DNA from: Candidatus Bathyarchaeota archaeon
Lineage (GTDB): Archaea > Thermoproteota > Bathyarchaeia > 40CM-2-53-6
Assembly: GCA_963706285.1 (NCBI GenBank)
Contig: CAVPLU010000004.1
Location: 414,654 to 478,653, forward strand
Length of the DNA: 64,000 nucleotides
Reading direction: 5' to 3'
Made by a program: the position numbers and the translations under genes. Under the pieces are notes generated by a model. It was not told where the DNA came from and did not search any database. It worked only from the letters and a program-made list of their open reading frames with translations. Of the stretch, positions 9,996 to 20,407 are shown in pieces (the stretch's first letter is position 1; each line of letters opens with the position of its first letter).

Positions 9996-11633
9996 CTATG
10001 TGGTTTTCGGAGTTGACTTTGCTATGTCTGTGCTCACGGAGCTTAGTGCTCGGTCTAGAGCGTCGGCGACATTCTCTCGCCCCATCGCTTCCACGTAGGG
10101 TCCTAGTCGGGGTCCCTTTGGCGACCCGAGAAGGATCTCGTATAGGATCTTGAAGAATCCTGGAGGTTCGACTCCATGCTTCTTTGCGACTTCGAAGATC
10201 GAGTTCTGAATGATGTCGGCCGAAGCCTGCCCTCTTATGACTGTGGTAAGCTCGCGGACGGCATCTACTTCCGTGCCGGAGAGTGTCGGGATGTGTTCTG
10301 TTATTTCGGCGAAGTCTTCCGCCCAATTCTGTGCGTATGCTAGGCGTGCGTCAATGCCCACCGGTTCTTTTCCGTGCAAGTAGCTGTATTCTTCCAGTTT
10401 CGCTAGGATGTACTCCTTCTCCTTTCCTTTCGGCGCAACCTTCGCGAGATAGACAAGCAGGTTGTAGGGAATGTGCATGTCTGGTTGTTGGGGTGGTTTG
10501 AGGCGCCAAACATACTCGTAGAGGCCTCTCAGTTCCGTTAGTTCGAACTTGTCTTCGATCGCCTTCTTTCCGAAATAGATGTCTTCAAGATTGTCGAGTT
10601 CCATCATGTATGTTGGTACGTCATCCACTGACAACGTTCTCGCGCCCACAATCCGTTTCAACATCAGCAGGATCAGAGACTCTGGTGAGGCGTACCGGAG
10701 CCAGATTTGGGGAGTGAAGACGTTGCCAACCGATTTCGAGATCTTCTTTCCGGACTTGTCAAGGAACATTTCATAGCGAACGTGGTATGGTGGAGCATAG
10801 CCGAGTATCTCCTGGCAGATGCGGTCGTTGACTCGCACCGAGTCCAGAATGTCCTTACCATACGCTTCGAAGTTGATTCCTAGTGCTTGCCATCGAGCCG
10901 CAAATTCGCTCTTCCAGCTAAGTTTGCCGTTGCCTTCGAGTACGTTTGCTTCGCCTCTGAATCCGCATCCTTGCAGCTCTTGCCCGCGGATGTCGATCTG
11001 TCCCTCACATGAATAGGAGACCTTGTGTTCGTCTGGTAGGTACTTGTGTGCACGAGTTGTGTAGATTCTGCCGCAGCCGCCGCATATGGGGAAGTATGGC
11101 AGGACTTCAGTGTACTTCTCCTGTCCTAGATCTTCCTTTATGATCTTCGCGACTCTGTCGGCGTTCTCAAGGATTTTCACGATCTGTTCGTTATAGAGGC
11201 CGTCATGGTATGCTTTCTTTGCAGAATAGAATGTGTACTCGATTCCGCACTTGTCTAGAGCTTCGCGGAGAAGTGAACTCATGTGATCTCCGTAACTAGC
11301 ATGGCAGTTGAACGGGTCCGGTATGGACGTTACCGGATAGCCTAGATATGTGGCAAGCGACGCTGGCATGCCCGCCGGAACTTTCCTTAATCCATCGAGG
11401 TCATCTGAGAAAGCTAAGTACTCCGCTTTCCTGCCGAGCGTCTCGACGGCGAGCTTGATCGCGTATGATCTTACGCCGTCGCTTAGGCTACCAACATGGG
11501 GTATTCCAGAGGCGCCCAATCCACTCTCGGTTCTAATCACTGGCGGGTTTCTGCCTAACTGCTCCTCTCTTTCGAGGACTCTATGCGCGACAAGGTCGAG
11601 CCAGGTCCCCCGTCCGATGATCTGTCTCGACAT
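9996..11633 (-). CDS. lysS: lysine--tRNA ligase, class I
   Basis: SGLGASGIPHVG (HIGH-like), SDDLDGLRKVP, GKKISKSVGN (KMSKS-like), GPRLG. Confidence 0.95.
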   Translation of the reverse strand: MSRQIIGRGTWLDLVAHRVLEREEQLGRNPPVIRTESGLGASGIPHVGSLSDGVRSYAIKLAVETLGRKAEYLAFSDDLDGLRKVPAGMPASLATYLGYPVTSIPDPFNCHASYGDHMSSLLREALDKCGIEYTFYSAKKAYHDGLYNEQIVKILENADRVAKIIKEDLGQEKYTEVLPYFPICGGCGRIYTTRAHKYLPDEHKVSYSCEGQIDIRGQELQGCGFRGEANVLEGNGKLSWKSEFAARWQALGINFEAYGKDILDSVRVNDRICQEILGYAPPYHVRYEMFLDKSGKKISKSVGNVFTPQIWLRYASPESLILLMLKRIVGARTLSVDDVPTYMMELDNLEDIYFGKKAIEDKFELTELRGLYEYVWRLKPPQQPDMHIPYNLLVYLAKVAPKGKEKEYILAKLEEYSYLHGKEPVGIDARLAYAQNWAEDFAEITEHIPTLSGTEVDAVRELTTVIRGQASADIIQNSIFEVAKKHGVEPPGFFKILYEILLGSPKGPRLGPYVEAMGRENVADALDRALSSVSTDIAKSTPKTT

Positions 11634-11833
11634 GTTATGCGCTTCCGGATTGTAGACTGTTATGCGCTTTGCAGATCATAAAGGTTTGACGCAACTATTC
11701 ACCAAGCATGCAGTCTCGGATCAGAGACACATCGAGAAACGCTTTTAGCGTGGCCCATTCGCTAGCTGCGAACATCTCACAGCTAGAGGAGCGAGATGAG
11801 AGTCAACCGCGAAACCCGAGCGCTAGAAGGTTA

Positions 11834-12397
11834 ATGAAATTGCAGTCATCGAGAAGTGCGCGCAATCTGCTTACGCTGCTTATCTTTGTCGGAATCGTAG
11901 CCTTGATGGACTACGCGCTCTTGAGCTACCTCGTGTCGCATGGTCTCGACGCCAAGTCCTACCCGGTGCAGGTCGGAAGCTATGCGCTTAACATCCCCAT
12001 GCTTGGCCTGACCTTTGTGGGTGTGCTGATTGTGGCAATCGCAGCTTGGCAGTACATGTCAGGCACGATGCCCGTTGCAGCGCTGAAAGAGATGGGGCAA
12101 CTGGAAACCATTCGTGTTGTGAGAGCAGCTGGAGTTGCGCTTTTCTTCTTCAGCTTGGTGCTCTTTGGACCTTACGTTGTTGGCGCGAGCGCCTTCTGGG
12201 CGCAGATGTCCGGTTTGAGTAGAAGCATTCCTCAACTTGCTCCGCCACTTCAAGGATTGGTATCTTCGATTCGCCCTTGGATGGATCTGGATGCTTTGAC
12301 GAAGTTCGCCGTATCACAGGATGCCGCCGCTGCAGCGTTGGTTCTGGCTTCAGGTTTGATCGGGTACGTTCAGCGCAGGACAAGGCGGGTACGATAG
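11834..12397 (+). CDS. hypothetical multi-pass membrane protein
   Basis: About four hydrophobic segments and a basic C-terminus; start uncertain (ORF open from 11708). Confidence 0.7.
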   Translation: MKLQSSRSARNLLTLLIFVGIVALMDYALLSYLVSHGLDAKSYPVQVGSYALNIPMLGLTFVGVLIVAIAAWQYMSGTMPVAALKEMGQLETIRVVRAAGVALFFFSLVLFGPYVVGASAFWAQMSGLSRSIPQLAPPLQGLVSSIRPWMDLDALTKFAVSQDAAAAALVLASGLIGYVQRRTRRVR

Positions 12398-12463
12398 TAG
12401 CTTACGACTACGGGAAGGACTTCGGCTAATGCTTAAGTAAGAATCGTGCTCGAGAATTGAAGC

Positions 12464-12730
12464 ATGAGCCCAACTGATTCTGAAGAGAAAGATAGCCTGA
12501 AGAAGCTGACGTGGCAATCGGAAAACTGTTTGGCTTGTGTTTGGTTCCGACCAAACGACCCCATAAACGCTGACATAATGGAACGTGGAATGTGCATCAA
12601 TTCAAAGCTGAAAACGTACGACCTCATCGTCTCCGGCCGTGATTGGTGCAACCTCTTCAAAGAGATAAAGCAGCAAACGATCGACATGCTCCAAGAAAAG
12701 GCGATGAAGACCCAAGAATCCGAGAAGTAA
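12464..12730 (+). CDS. small four-Cys protein, possible Fe-S or Zn binder
   Basis: CLACVWF...GMC...DWC pattern. Confidence 0.7.
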   Translation: MSPTDSEEKDSLKKLTWQSENCLACVWFRPNDPINADIMERGMCINSKLKTYDLIVSGRDWCNLFKEIKQQTIDMLQEKAMKTQESEK

Positions 12731-12994
12731 CATTCAGAGAATCCTGCAGACTCGCCGTATCGTACAACGTACCCAAAAGTCTGTTGCAGGAATAGGCACG
12801 TCTTCGATCTCACGTCTGATGACCAATCCTGAGGCCCATCCGCCTGGCTGCAACTATGCCATCAGGAACCATGAACATATTACGATTCGAAAACATCAGG
12901 CATACCAACGTCTTTCGCGATGAACATTTGGGAGACTTGACGCGCCAGAAGTCAACTTGATTCAAAGATCAAGAGCAGTCGATGGTGAGTACCC

Positions 12995-13225
12995 ATGCAA
13001 CCCACGTGTCCGGTCTGTAGTTGCCCTGTGGTCGAGGGGTCACGATTCTGCAAACGCCATCAGAAGGCAAACGAGCGATTGGAGTTGGCTTTTGCGAAAT
13101 GGAAATCGGCGTACAGCGGTCAACTGGAAAAGAAAGTATTCCTCGAACGGTTGCTGCAGATGTCTGAGACGGGGCAGAAAGTCCGTGAAGTCATCCGCTT
13201 AGTTCTGGTGGAGGAATCGGCCTGA
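12995..13225 (+). CDS. small Zn-finger protein coupled to topA
   Basis: CPVC...FCKRH; its stop overlaps the probable topA start. Confidence 0.7.
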   Translation: MQPTCPVCSCPVVEGSRFCKRHQKANERLELAFAKWKSAYSGQLEKKVFLERLLQMSETGQKVREVIRLVLVEESA

Positions 13226-15282
13226 CTACCACGCTCGTCGTGACGGAGAAGCCGGATGCTGCTCTACATGTCGCGGAAGCTCTTGACTCAAAAGGCGAGC
13301 CCAAAAGGTTCAGTCTCAAAGGAGTTCCAATGTATGAGGCCAAGCGGCTTTCAGAAACGGTTTTGGTGTGTTCAGCGCTCGGCCACCTGTACAAGGTTGA
13401 TCAGGTCAGCAGCTCTCAGCGCGGGAGGTATCCTGTCTGGGAATATGAGTGGAAACCAATCCACGCAGCTGAGCGTGGACGTGAAAGACATGAAAAATGG
13501 TTAGACGCGATCTCCGAGATCGCCAAACAGGCTGATGCATTCGTGAACGCCTGCGACTTCGATGTTGAAGGCTCCCTTATCGGATACATGATCCTGAAGT
13601 ACGCATGTGAAGGAGCCGACACAAAAGCTAAGCGAATGAAATTCAGCACACTCACACGTGAGGAGCTACAGTACGCCTACGAGCATGCGCTCCCGCAGCT
13701 TGATTTTCCGCTCGTAAACGCTGGTCTCTGTCGACACGAAGTTGACTGGCTCTACGGCATCAACCTATCCCGCGCACTTACGGAATCGGCGAGGAAATCA
13801 AGCGGAAAATACGCGACTCTAAGCACGGGACGCGTGCAAGGCCCTACACTAAGATTTGTCGTCGACCGCGAAGGCGAGATTGAAACATTCGTTCCGATTC
13901 CATATTGGGAGATTCAAGCCACAGTAGAAATCAATGGAGAAACACTACGCGCTGAATTTGAGACCCAGAAGTTAGATGTGAAAGTGCAAGCTGATAATGT
14001 CGCATCGCTCTCAGATGGAAAAGAAGGGCTGATTGAGAACATCGAATCTAGGACAGCCCAGGTTCCTTCGCCATTTCCTTTCGATCTTTCATCGCTACAA
14101 ACAGAGGCGTACAGACACTTCGGAATGACGCCGCGCCTAAGCTTGGCAATTGCAGAGCGTCTCTACCTTGATGCTCTGATATCGTATCCTAGGACCTCTA
14201 GTCAGAAGCTCCCTGTGTCGATTGACTACAAGCGAATTCTTCAGGGTCTCAGCAAGAATCCGAGCTACGCACAGTCTTCAGCGAAGCTATTGAATCTGCA
14301 GAAACTTCGCCCCAACGAGGGAAAGAAGACTGACCCAGCCCACCCTGCAGTGTATCCAACCGGCACATTTCCGAGACGATCACTCGACCCTAAGGAATCC
14401 AAGCTGTACGACTTGATCGTCAAACGTTTCATGGCAACTTTTGCATCATCAGCGACCCGAGAGACCATGAAAGCCACAATCAGGGTGAACAATCTCAGAT
14501 ACTACTTGAGAGGATCCCGCATTCTGGCCGCCGGCTGGATTGATTTCTACAAACCGTATGCAAAATTCGAGGATGTGAACCTCCCGCAACTCAGCAAGGG
14601 TACTACGGCAAAATTTCTCTCCGTGAAAGCCGTTGAGAAGTTCTCGCAACCCCCGCCTAGGTACAATCCAAGCAGCCTGCTTCGTGAAATGGAAGCAAAC
14701 GAGATAGGAACGAAGGCTACCCGAGCCGAGATTGTCGAGACTCTGATTCGAAGATCGTACATCCGAGGAGACAGGATCGAAGCCACCCCGCTCGGGATCC
14801 AGATAGTCGACGTGCTTGACAGGTTCTGTCCAAGAGTTCTCGATGTCGCTTTCACTCGAGAGCTCGAACAGATGATGGCGAACATCGAACTCGGAAAGGA
14901 GGAGAAGCAACGTGTCGTCAACGAAGCGATCGGTCACCTGAAACCGATTATGGAAGATTTGAAGGCTCACGAGAAGGAAGTAGGCGAACAGCTCACCTAC
15001 ACGATCAGACAGGCACGGAATGCAGAGCTGACTCTATCTGTTCCCTGCCCAAAGTGCGGTCGCGTATTGCAGGTCGTCAAGAGTCGGAAAAGCGGCAAGA
15101 GGTTCATCGGATGCCTTGGAAAGTGGGAAGGTGAATGCAGTTTCACGCTACCTCTCCCCCAGCTCGGGACCTTGACTCTGCTCGATCAGAAATGTAGCAA
15201 ATGCGGATTTCAGCTTGTCAAGGTCGCATCGAAAGGAAGACGTCCATTGGTGGCGTGTTCGATGTGTTATGTTAACAAGTAG
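13222..15282 (+). CDS. topA: DNA topoisomerase type IA (archaeal topo III/TopA)
   Basis: TOPRIM (TEKP, ACDFDVEG), STGRVQGPTL, catalytic ISYPRTSS, AHPAVYPTG, GTKATRA, C-terminal Zn ribbons; CTG start at 13222 inferred (track starts at 13240). Confidence 0.95.
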   Translation: MTTTLVVTEKPDAALHVAEALDSKGEPKRFSLKGVPMYEAKRLSETVLVCSALGHLYKVDQVSSSQRGRYPVWEYEWKPIHAAERGRERHEKWLDAISEIAKQADAFVNACDFDVEGSLIGYMILKYACEGADTKAKRMKFSTLTREELQYAYEHALPQLDFPLVNAGLCRHEVDWLYGINLSRALTESARKSSGKYATLSTGRVQGPTLRFVVDREGEIETFVPIPYWEIQATVEINGETLRAEFETQKLDVKVQADNVASLSDGKEGLIENIESRTAQVPSPFPFDLSSLQTEAYRHFGMTPRLSLAIAERLYLDALISYPRTSSQKLPVSIDYKRILQGLSKNPSYAQSSAKLLNLQKLRPNEGKKTDPAHPAVYPTGTFPRRSLDPKESKLYDLIVKRFMATFASSATRETMKATIRVNNLRYYLRGSRILAAGWIDFYKPYAKFEDVNLPQLSKGTTAKFLSVKAVEKFSQPPPRYNPSSLLREMEANEIGTKATRAEIVETLIRRSYIRGDRIEATPLGIQIVDVLDRFCPRVLDVAFTRELEQMMANIELGKEEKQRVVNEAIGHLKPIMEDLKAHEKEVGEQLTYTIRQARNAELTLSVPCPKCGRVLQVVKSRKSGKRFIGCLGKWEGECSFTLPLPQLGTLTLLDQKCSKCGFQLVKVASKGRRPLVACSMCYVNK

Positions 15283-15287
15283 TATCA

Positions 15288-16197
15288 TCATTTAGTAGTT
15301 GTAATTCTGTTCCATATCGCGTGTTGTCTCCCAGTTCGCACATCCAACCAAGCAAGCAGTCTGATTGCAGTCTCAAGTTCCATCAGAAATAGGGCCCCGA
15401 TGATACTTTGCGGATGCGAGGCAGCCTCGCGAATCATCGCCAGTGCAAGAATCATTGTGTGATCAAGTGGCCAGCCCTTCAATATTCGCGAATCTTCCCA
15501 TCTGATTCTTGATCTGCAAGTGGCCGAAGGTGACACGTCGCCTCTGCGCGATGTAGTCTGAAATGGACGTGGGTACTTTCAATACGAAATTGGCTCTGGT
15601 TGCATGAGTGACCTTGAAGCCTTTGCTGCGGGCGAATGTGGCTACATATGCGTCATCGTTTACGACTGTAGGAGGTATTCGTTCAACGAGATCAGTTCTG
15701 AAACAGTAAAGTTCGCCCATTACGAATGATAGCTCACCTCTTGAGCCCAGCTCGATCATCGCCTGCCTCATCACTCGCCATATGATGGCTGCAGATTTGG
15801 CGACTGTGCCGCTTTCGTAGTTCCCAACAATTGGTAGCCCTCCGACCACGGCAATGCTCTCATCCGACATCTCTCGCAGGATTCCGCTGATAGATTTCTG
15901 AGGGAGTCTTACGTCAGCGTCCACGAGCACCAGTATTCCGGGATTGCATCGTGCCAAAACGAGGTTGATTGCGTTGGTTTTGCCAGTTCTAGTCTTCTCT
16001 TCGATGAGTTCAACTCTGCTGTCGCGCCTCATGATTTCGCGAACGATGCCCGCGGTATTGTCTGTGCATCCAGACGCTACTACTAGGATTCTCGTATCCT
16101 GGGGTAGCCCCTTCTGATTCAGGACGTCGTCGAGCAACTTCTTGATGTTCTTTTCCTCGTTGTATGCGCAAACGCCTATGGTCAGCTTCATGGGCAT
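15288..16197 (-). CDS. GT2 family glycosyltransferase (frameshift near 15470)
   Basis: IGVCAYNEE, VASGCTDNT, GKTNAIN, DAD, NDD, QRRR; C-terminus continues in the frame of ORF 15288-15536. Confidence 0.85.
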
Positions 16198-16383
16198 GCC
16201 TCGGCGAGTCATCGTCTCATATGCGGGTTTGATGAAGAAAGAGGACGCCAACGTGCTTATCAAGCGAACCGGGGCGTGCGTAAGCCGCAATGGGCCTCTG
16301 TTGAGTTGCGGAACTAGCTAGCCTTCGCTCGAGCCGCGGCCCAAATCGTCGCTCCGTTCGCTTGGAGGACAGAGGGATGAATT

Positions 16384-16575
16384 TTACACCTGTGCGTCAG
16401 AACGACTTTGACGGGAAAAAGGGGGTCTGTCGCTTGGCGTCTTCCTCTTGATGAGCCTCATTGGAGTGTTCAACCCTCGTTTGTCACATTGCGGACAGAA
16501 ATATCCCTCACGCAAGACTTCGCGAGGGCGCAAGCTTATGATGTGGCCGCATCTTGGGCAACAAAGGTATGGCAT
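16384..16575 (-). CDS. small CPxCG-type zinc-finger protein
   Basis: CPRCG and CPQC knuckles in 63 aa. Confidence 0.65.
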   Translation of the reverse strand: MPYLCCPRCGHIISLRPREVLREGYFCPQCDKRGLNTPMRLIKRKTPSDRPPFSRQSRSDAQV

Positions 16576-16866
16576 CTCAAGTTCCTCTTTGCTCGGTAAC
16601 CATGCTCGATGGTCACACTGGCCAGTCCAGAAAGACCATTCCTTTTCTGACCGTTAACGTTTTTTGGGCACCACAGAACCTCCGTCTTGGCTTCTCCAAG
16701 TCGACAACATCACGGGCACAGATAAGACAAGAGCTTTTCCATGGCGTGTGTGGCTTCCGAAGGGCAAAAGAGTATAGCCCCACATCTACATTCTATCGAG
16801 GCGGGTTCGGGTCAGAGTTCCGAGCGGTCGCCCAGAAGGGTTATGTAGAATTCGATCTGGTGACAT

Positions 16867-18207
16867 GTGTCGGTCCAAGATTGGTGGAGCATCCTGTCCG
16901 CCTTCGCGTTTGCATCTCTCAGTTACTCGCAGCAGCTCATCTTGGTACTCTCCGTGCTGATTTCTGGATTGCTTGGAATCTACTCTATCCACGCTTGGAT
17001 GCTCACACTGTTGGCGTTTCGAAAGAGAACACCGCTAGCCCCATCGCGTCCAAGCGTCTGGCCTTCAGTCTCAGTACATTTGCCTGTCTACAACGAGAGG
17101 CAGGTCATATCGCGACTACTTGATTCAGTCCTTGCATTCGACTATCCCCGCAACAAGCTTGAGATCATTGTTGTTGACGATTCAAATGATGACACTACAG
17201 GAGTTGTTCGATCCTATCAGAAGAAGTATCCGGAGCTCGTGACCGCAATCCACCGAGACAAACCCGATGGGTTCAAGGCAGGTGCACTCCAGGTTGCTCT
17301 GGAGAGAAGCAAGAGCGAGCTATTCGTGCTCTTCGATGCCGATCACATTCCCCAACCCGATTTCCTTCAAAGGATGGTTCCGTACCTATGCTCGAACGGA
17401 GCGATAGCATTTGCACAGGCGCGTCAGAGCTACCTACAAGATGTAGATTCATGGATAGCGCGTGCACTCGGTCTTGGAATCGATGCATACGCTTTCGTTG
17501 ACCAAGAAGCACGATTCTCTCATGATCTTCTTACACACTTCAGCGGTAGCGGTGGTGTGTTCAGAACCAAGGCGGTGATTGATGTTGGAGGATGGAGCTC
17601 GCAAACACTTGCCGAAGATCTTGATCTGTCAATACGTCTGCGCCTAAGTGGTTGGCGATGGGTATACGACAAGTCTGTTGAATGTCCTGGGGAGCTTCCA
17701 GCCTCATTCGCGATACTTCGTCGACAACAGTTCAGGTGGGCCAGCGGTTTCGCGGGTTGCCTAAGCAAACACCTGCGAAACCTGCTTACAACGGACAAGA
17801 TGTCACTAGCGCAGAAGGGAGAGGCTTTGATCTACCTCTCGGAATACGTAGCTTCTCCGCTGATTGCTATTGGCGTTGTTCTCGCAGTTCTCTACTGTCT
17901 CGTGTTTCCGGTAGATTTCATATTGTATGGGCCTTTGCACAACGCTCTATCCACCTTCACGGTGATAATGTCTGCGCTCATCTACACGGCCCCGCTTGCG
18001 ATGTTCACTGTTGCCGTCTATAGGGCGACCAACGGTTGGTCGCGAAGAATTGGGCGTGTCTTGGATCTGATCTATTTGGGGGTGCTTTCAGTTGGGATCT
18101 TCCTGACAAGCGCCAGGGCGGTGGTCGAGGGTTTTCTTAACAAGGCCACGTACTTCTACAGAACGCCAAAAAATGGCTACGTGACAGCGTCAAAGGCAAA
18201 TGTCTGA
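16867..18207 (+). CDS. membrane GT2 glycosyltransferase, cellulose-synthase-like
   Basis: LPVYNE, DDSNDDT, GFKAGAL, FDAD, TLAEDLD, QQFRW; N- and C-terminal TM helices. Confidence 0.9.
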   Translation: MSVQDWWSILSAFAFASLSYSQQLILVLSVLISGLLGIYSIHAWMLTLLAFRKRTPLAPSRPSVWPSVSVHLPVYNERQVISRLLDSVLAFDYPRNKLEIIVVDDSNDDTTGVVRSYQKKYPELVTAIHRDKPDGFKAGALQVALERSKSELFVLFDADHIPQPDFLQRMVPYLCSNGAIAFAQARQSYLQDVDSWIARALGLGIDAYAFVDQEARFSHDLLTHFSGSGGVFRTKAVIDVGGWSSQTLAEDLDLSIRLRLSGWRWVYDKSVECPGELPASFAILRRQQFRWASGFAGCLSKHLRNLLTTDKMSLAQKGEALIYLSEYVASPLIAIGVVLAVLYCLVFPVDFILYGPLHNALSTFTVIMSALIYTAPLAMFTVAVYRATNGWSRRIGRVLDLIYLGVLSVGIFLTSARAVVEGFLNKATYFYRTPKNGYVTASKANV

Positions 18208-18218
18208 GGATGGGTTGA

Positions 18219-18953
18219 ATGAGAAGGGTCTGCGTAGCTGTTCCCACATACAACGAGCGCGAGAACGTTTCGAAACTAGTCCCCACTCTTCTTCAAGTTC
18301 TGCAAGACAACAGGATTGATGGATGGATACTTGTCGTTGATGACTCGAGCCCGGATGGAACCGGTGACATCGCGGAGGCGCTATCGAAGAAACATCACAA
18401 TGTGAAAGTGATCCACAGAAAAGGAAAGCTTGGACTCGGAAGTGCATACAAAGATGCATTCAGTGAAGCGTTGATGGATAGCGAAACTGGTCTTGTTGTC
18501 GAGATGGACGCTGATCTCTCGCATGACCCGGTCTATCTCCCCCAAATCCTCGAAGCAGCAGAGCACTCCGGCGGAGTAGGGCTTGGATCGCGCTATATCA
18601 AAGGGGGACGCATCGTCGGTTGGCCCCTTGGAAGAAAAGTGGTAAGCTGGGGTGCGAACTTCCTCACCCGAACAATTCTCGGTCTAGACGTCAAAGACGC
18701 AACAAGCGGCTACAGGGCATTCACAAGGGAGGCTCTCGCAAGGATTGGGTACGAGAACGCAGGCACCAAGGCGTACGCCTTCCAAGTCGAGATTCTGTAT
18801 AGATGCACACAGCAGAACGTGTCCATCGAAGAGGTGCCCATCACGTTCTACGAACGCCAGTTGGGCAAGTCGAAACTGTCAAGCGGAGACATGTTCGACT
18901 TTCTGAAAACGGTCCTGCGACTTCGTCTAGCGTTCTTAGGTGGCGTCACTTGA
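18219..18953 (+). CDS. dolichol/polyprenol-phosphate mannosyltransferase (DPM1-like)
   Basis: PTYNEREN, VDDSSPDGTG, GKLGLGSAY, MDADLSHDP, DATSGYR. Confidence 0.92.
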   Translation: MRRVCVAVPTYNERENVSKLVPTLLQVLQDNRIDGWILVVDDSSPDGTGDIAEALSKKHHNVKVIHRKGKLGLGSAYKDAFSEALMDSETGLVVEMDADLSHDPVYLPQILEAAEHSGGVGLGSRYIKGGRIVGWPLGRKVVSWGANFLTRTILGLDVKDATSGYRAFTREALARIGYENAGTKAYAFQVEILYRCTQQNVSIEEVPITFYERQLGKSKLSSGDMFDFLKTVLRLRLAFLGGVT

Positions 18954-19329
18954 GTTGGCTTCGTTTGTCTACGACCAGGAGAAGTGAGATGATCAGGCCT
19001 ATCGCGTACAGGATGAGTGAAGCATTGAACGCCAAAACTGCGTCGTTCGAGTACCACCCGGACAGCGTCACTGAGTAGAGAAGTGTGGCGACTACCTCAA
19101 CAAGCCCTAGTGGGAACAGCAGCAATGTCAACCAGAGTCCAAAGCGGCGTCCAAGAAGCACTCCCACTCCAGTGGCGAGAGAGACCAGACTCAGCGCAAT
19201 GAGAGGAACGAGTCCTATATCGTAAAGAGCAGAGAAGACAAGTCCGTACCCCCCTAAGACAAAGAATATCGCGCCAGCGACGATTAGCCCTGGTGCATGA
19301 GCACGTTCTAGACTCACTTTTCCAGCCAA
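18946..19329 (-). CDS. hypothetical four-TM membrane protein
   Basis: Four hydrophobic segments; start uncertain. Confidence 0.65.
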   Translation of the reverse strand: MAGKVSLERAHAPGLIVAGAIFFVLGGYGLVFSALYDIGLVPLIALSLVSLATGVGVLLGRRFGLWLTLLLFPLGLVEVVATLLYSVTLSGWYSNDAVLAFNASLILYAIGLIISLLLVVDKRSQLK

Positions 19330-19451
19330 TGTTTCCAACACACGCTCGGACGCATAACGTGGGGTCACGTATATCATTTTTCGCTCTTTTGAACGGTCAT
19401 CGGGCAAATAGGAGAATATCAAGTTCCCTTGAAGGATAAGCAAATAGCTCA

Positions 19452-20405
19452 ATGGTAGGCAGAGTTGAACTGCATCACTACGCGAGCTGGTACAGTTGGT
19501 CCCTAGACGAGATTGAACTGCATGTTTCCTCATCGCAAGTCTTTTCTGGATTTGGGAAACCGTTTGGTGAAGCGATGTTCGTCGTTTTCGGGGTACCATT
19601 TGACAAGACGAGTACCTACCGGTCTGGCTCCAAGTTTGCTCCGGCAGCTATTCGGGAAGCCTCTTTGAACATAGAAACCTACAGTTTCCGGTCTAAATTC
19701 GATCTCGAGGATGCTCAGATTTGCGACTTGGGGGATCTGCATGTTGTTGATTCCGTCGACGAGACTATGCGTCGGTTGTCAGCGGTCGAGAGCGAAATTA
19801 TCGAAGCATCAAAGATACCCATAGCCATAGGCGGCGAGCACACGATCACCTTTGGCACAACTCGTTCCTTTTCAAATGACGTTGGCATAGTATGTTTTGA
19901 TGCCCACGCAGACATGCGGGATGAATACGCGGGTGAGAAACTTATGCATGCAACATTCCTTAGGAGGATAATCGAGAAGGTCGGCTCGAACAAGATTGTG
20001 CATGTCGGCCTAAGGGCGATTTGCAAGGAGGAACTAGCATTCCTTGAGAAGAGCGATGTGGAAAACTTCTCGATGGGCGACCTAAGGCAACACGATGTGA
20101 AAGAAGATGTTGATCTTGTTAGGAAAGCGGTCTCAGATTTTGGGAAGCTCTACGTCACGATCGACATGGACGTTTTCGATCCCGGGTTCGCTCCCGGAGT
20201 TGGAAATCCGGAGCCAGATGGCATGTGGCCTGATCTCTTCTTTGCTATTCTGACAGGCGTCTGTGATGAAAGGCTCGCAGGACTGGACCTAGTAGAGCTA
20301 TCCCCGGGTTGCGACAATGGAGCTACTGCAGCTCTGGGCGCGAAAGTGCTCTTCGAGGCAATTTGCGCAACGGAGGCAGCAAGGAGCAAGACAGCGGGGA
20401 ATTAG
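19452..20405 (+). CDS. speB: agmatinase (ureohydrolase family)
   Basis: GVPFD, GGEHTIT, DAHAD, DMDVFDP..APGVGNPE; true start probably somewhat downstream. Confidence 0.9.
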   Translation: MVGRVELHHYASWYSWSLDEIELHVSSSQVFSGFGKPFGEAMFVVFGVPFDKTSTYRSGSKFAPAAIREASLNIETYSFRSKFDLEDAQICDLGDLHVVDSVDETMRRLSAVESEIIEASKIPIAIGGEHTITFGTTRSFSNDVGIVCFDAHADMRDEYAGEKLMHATFLRRIIEKVGSNKIVHVGLRAICKEELAFLEKSDVENFSMGDLRQHDVKEDVDLVRKAVSDFGKLYVTIDMDVFDPGFAPGVGNPEPDGMWPDLFFAILTGVCDERLAGLDLVELSPGCDNGATAALGAKVLFEAICATEAARSKTAGN

Positions 20406-20407
20406 TC

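Noticed and set aside
12815-12835. TGATGA...CTGA resembling C/D box sRNA motifs (also ATGATGA near 49919)
   Set aside because: Spacing is too short or the second box pair is missing; no complete C-D'-C'-D layout.
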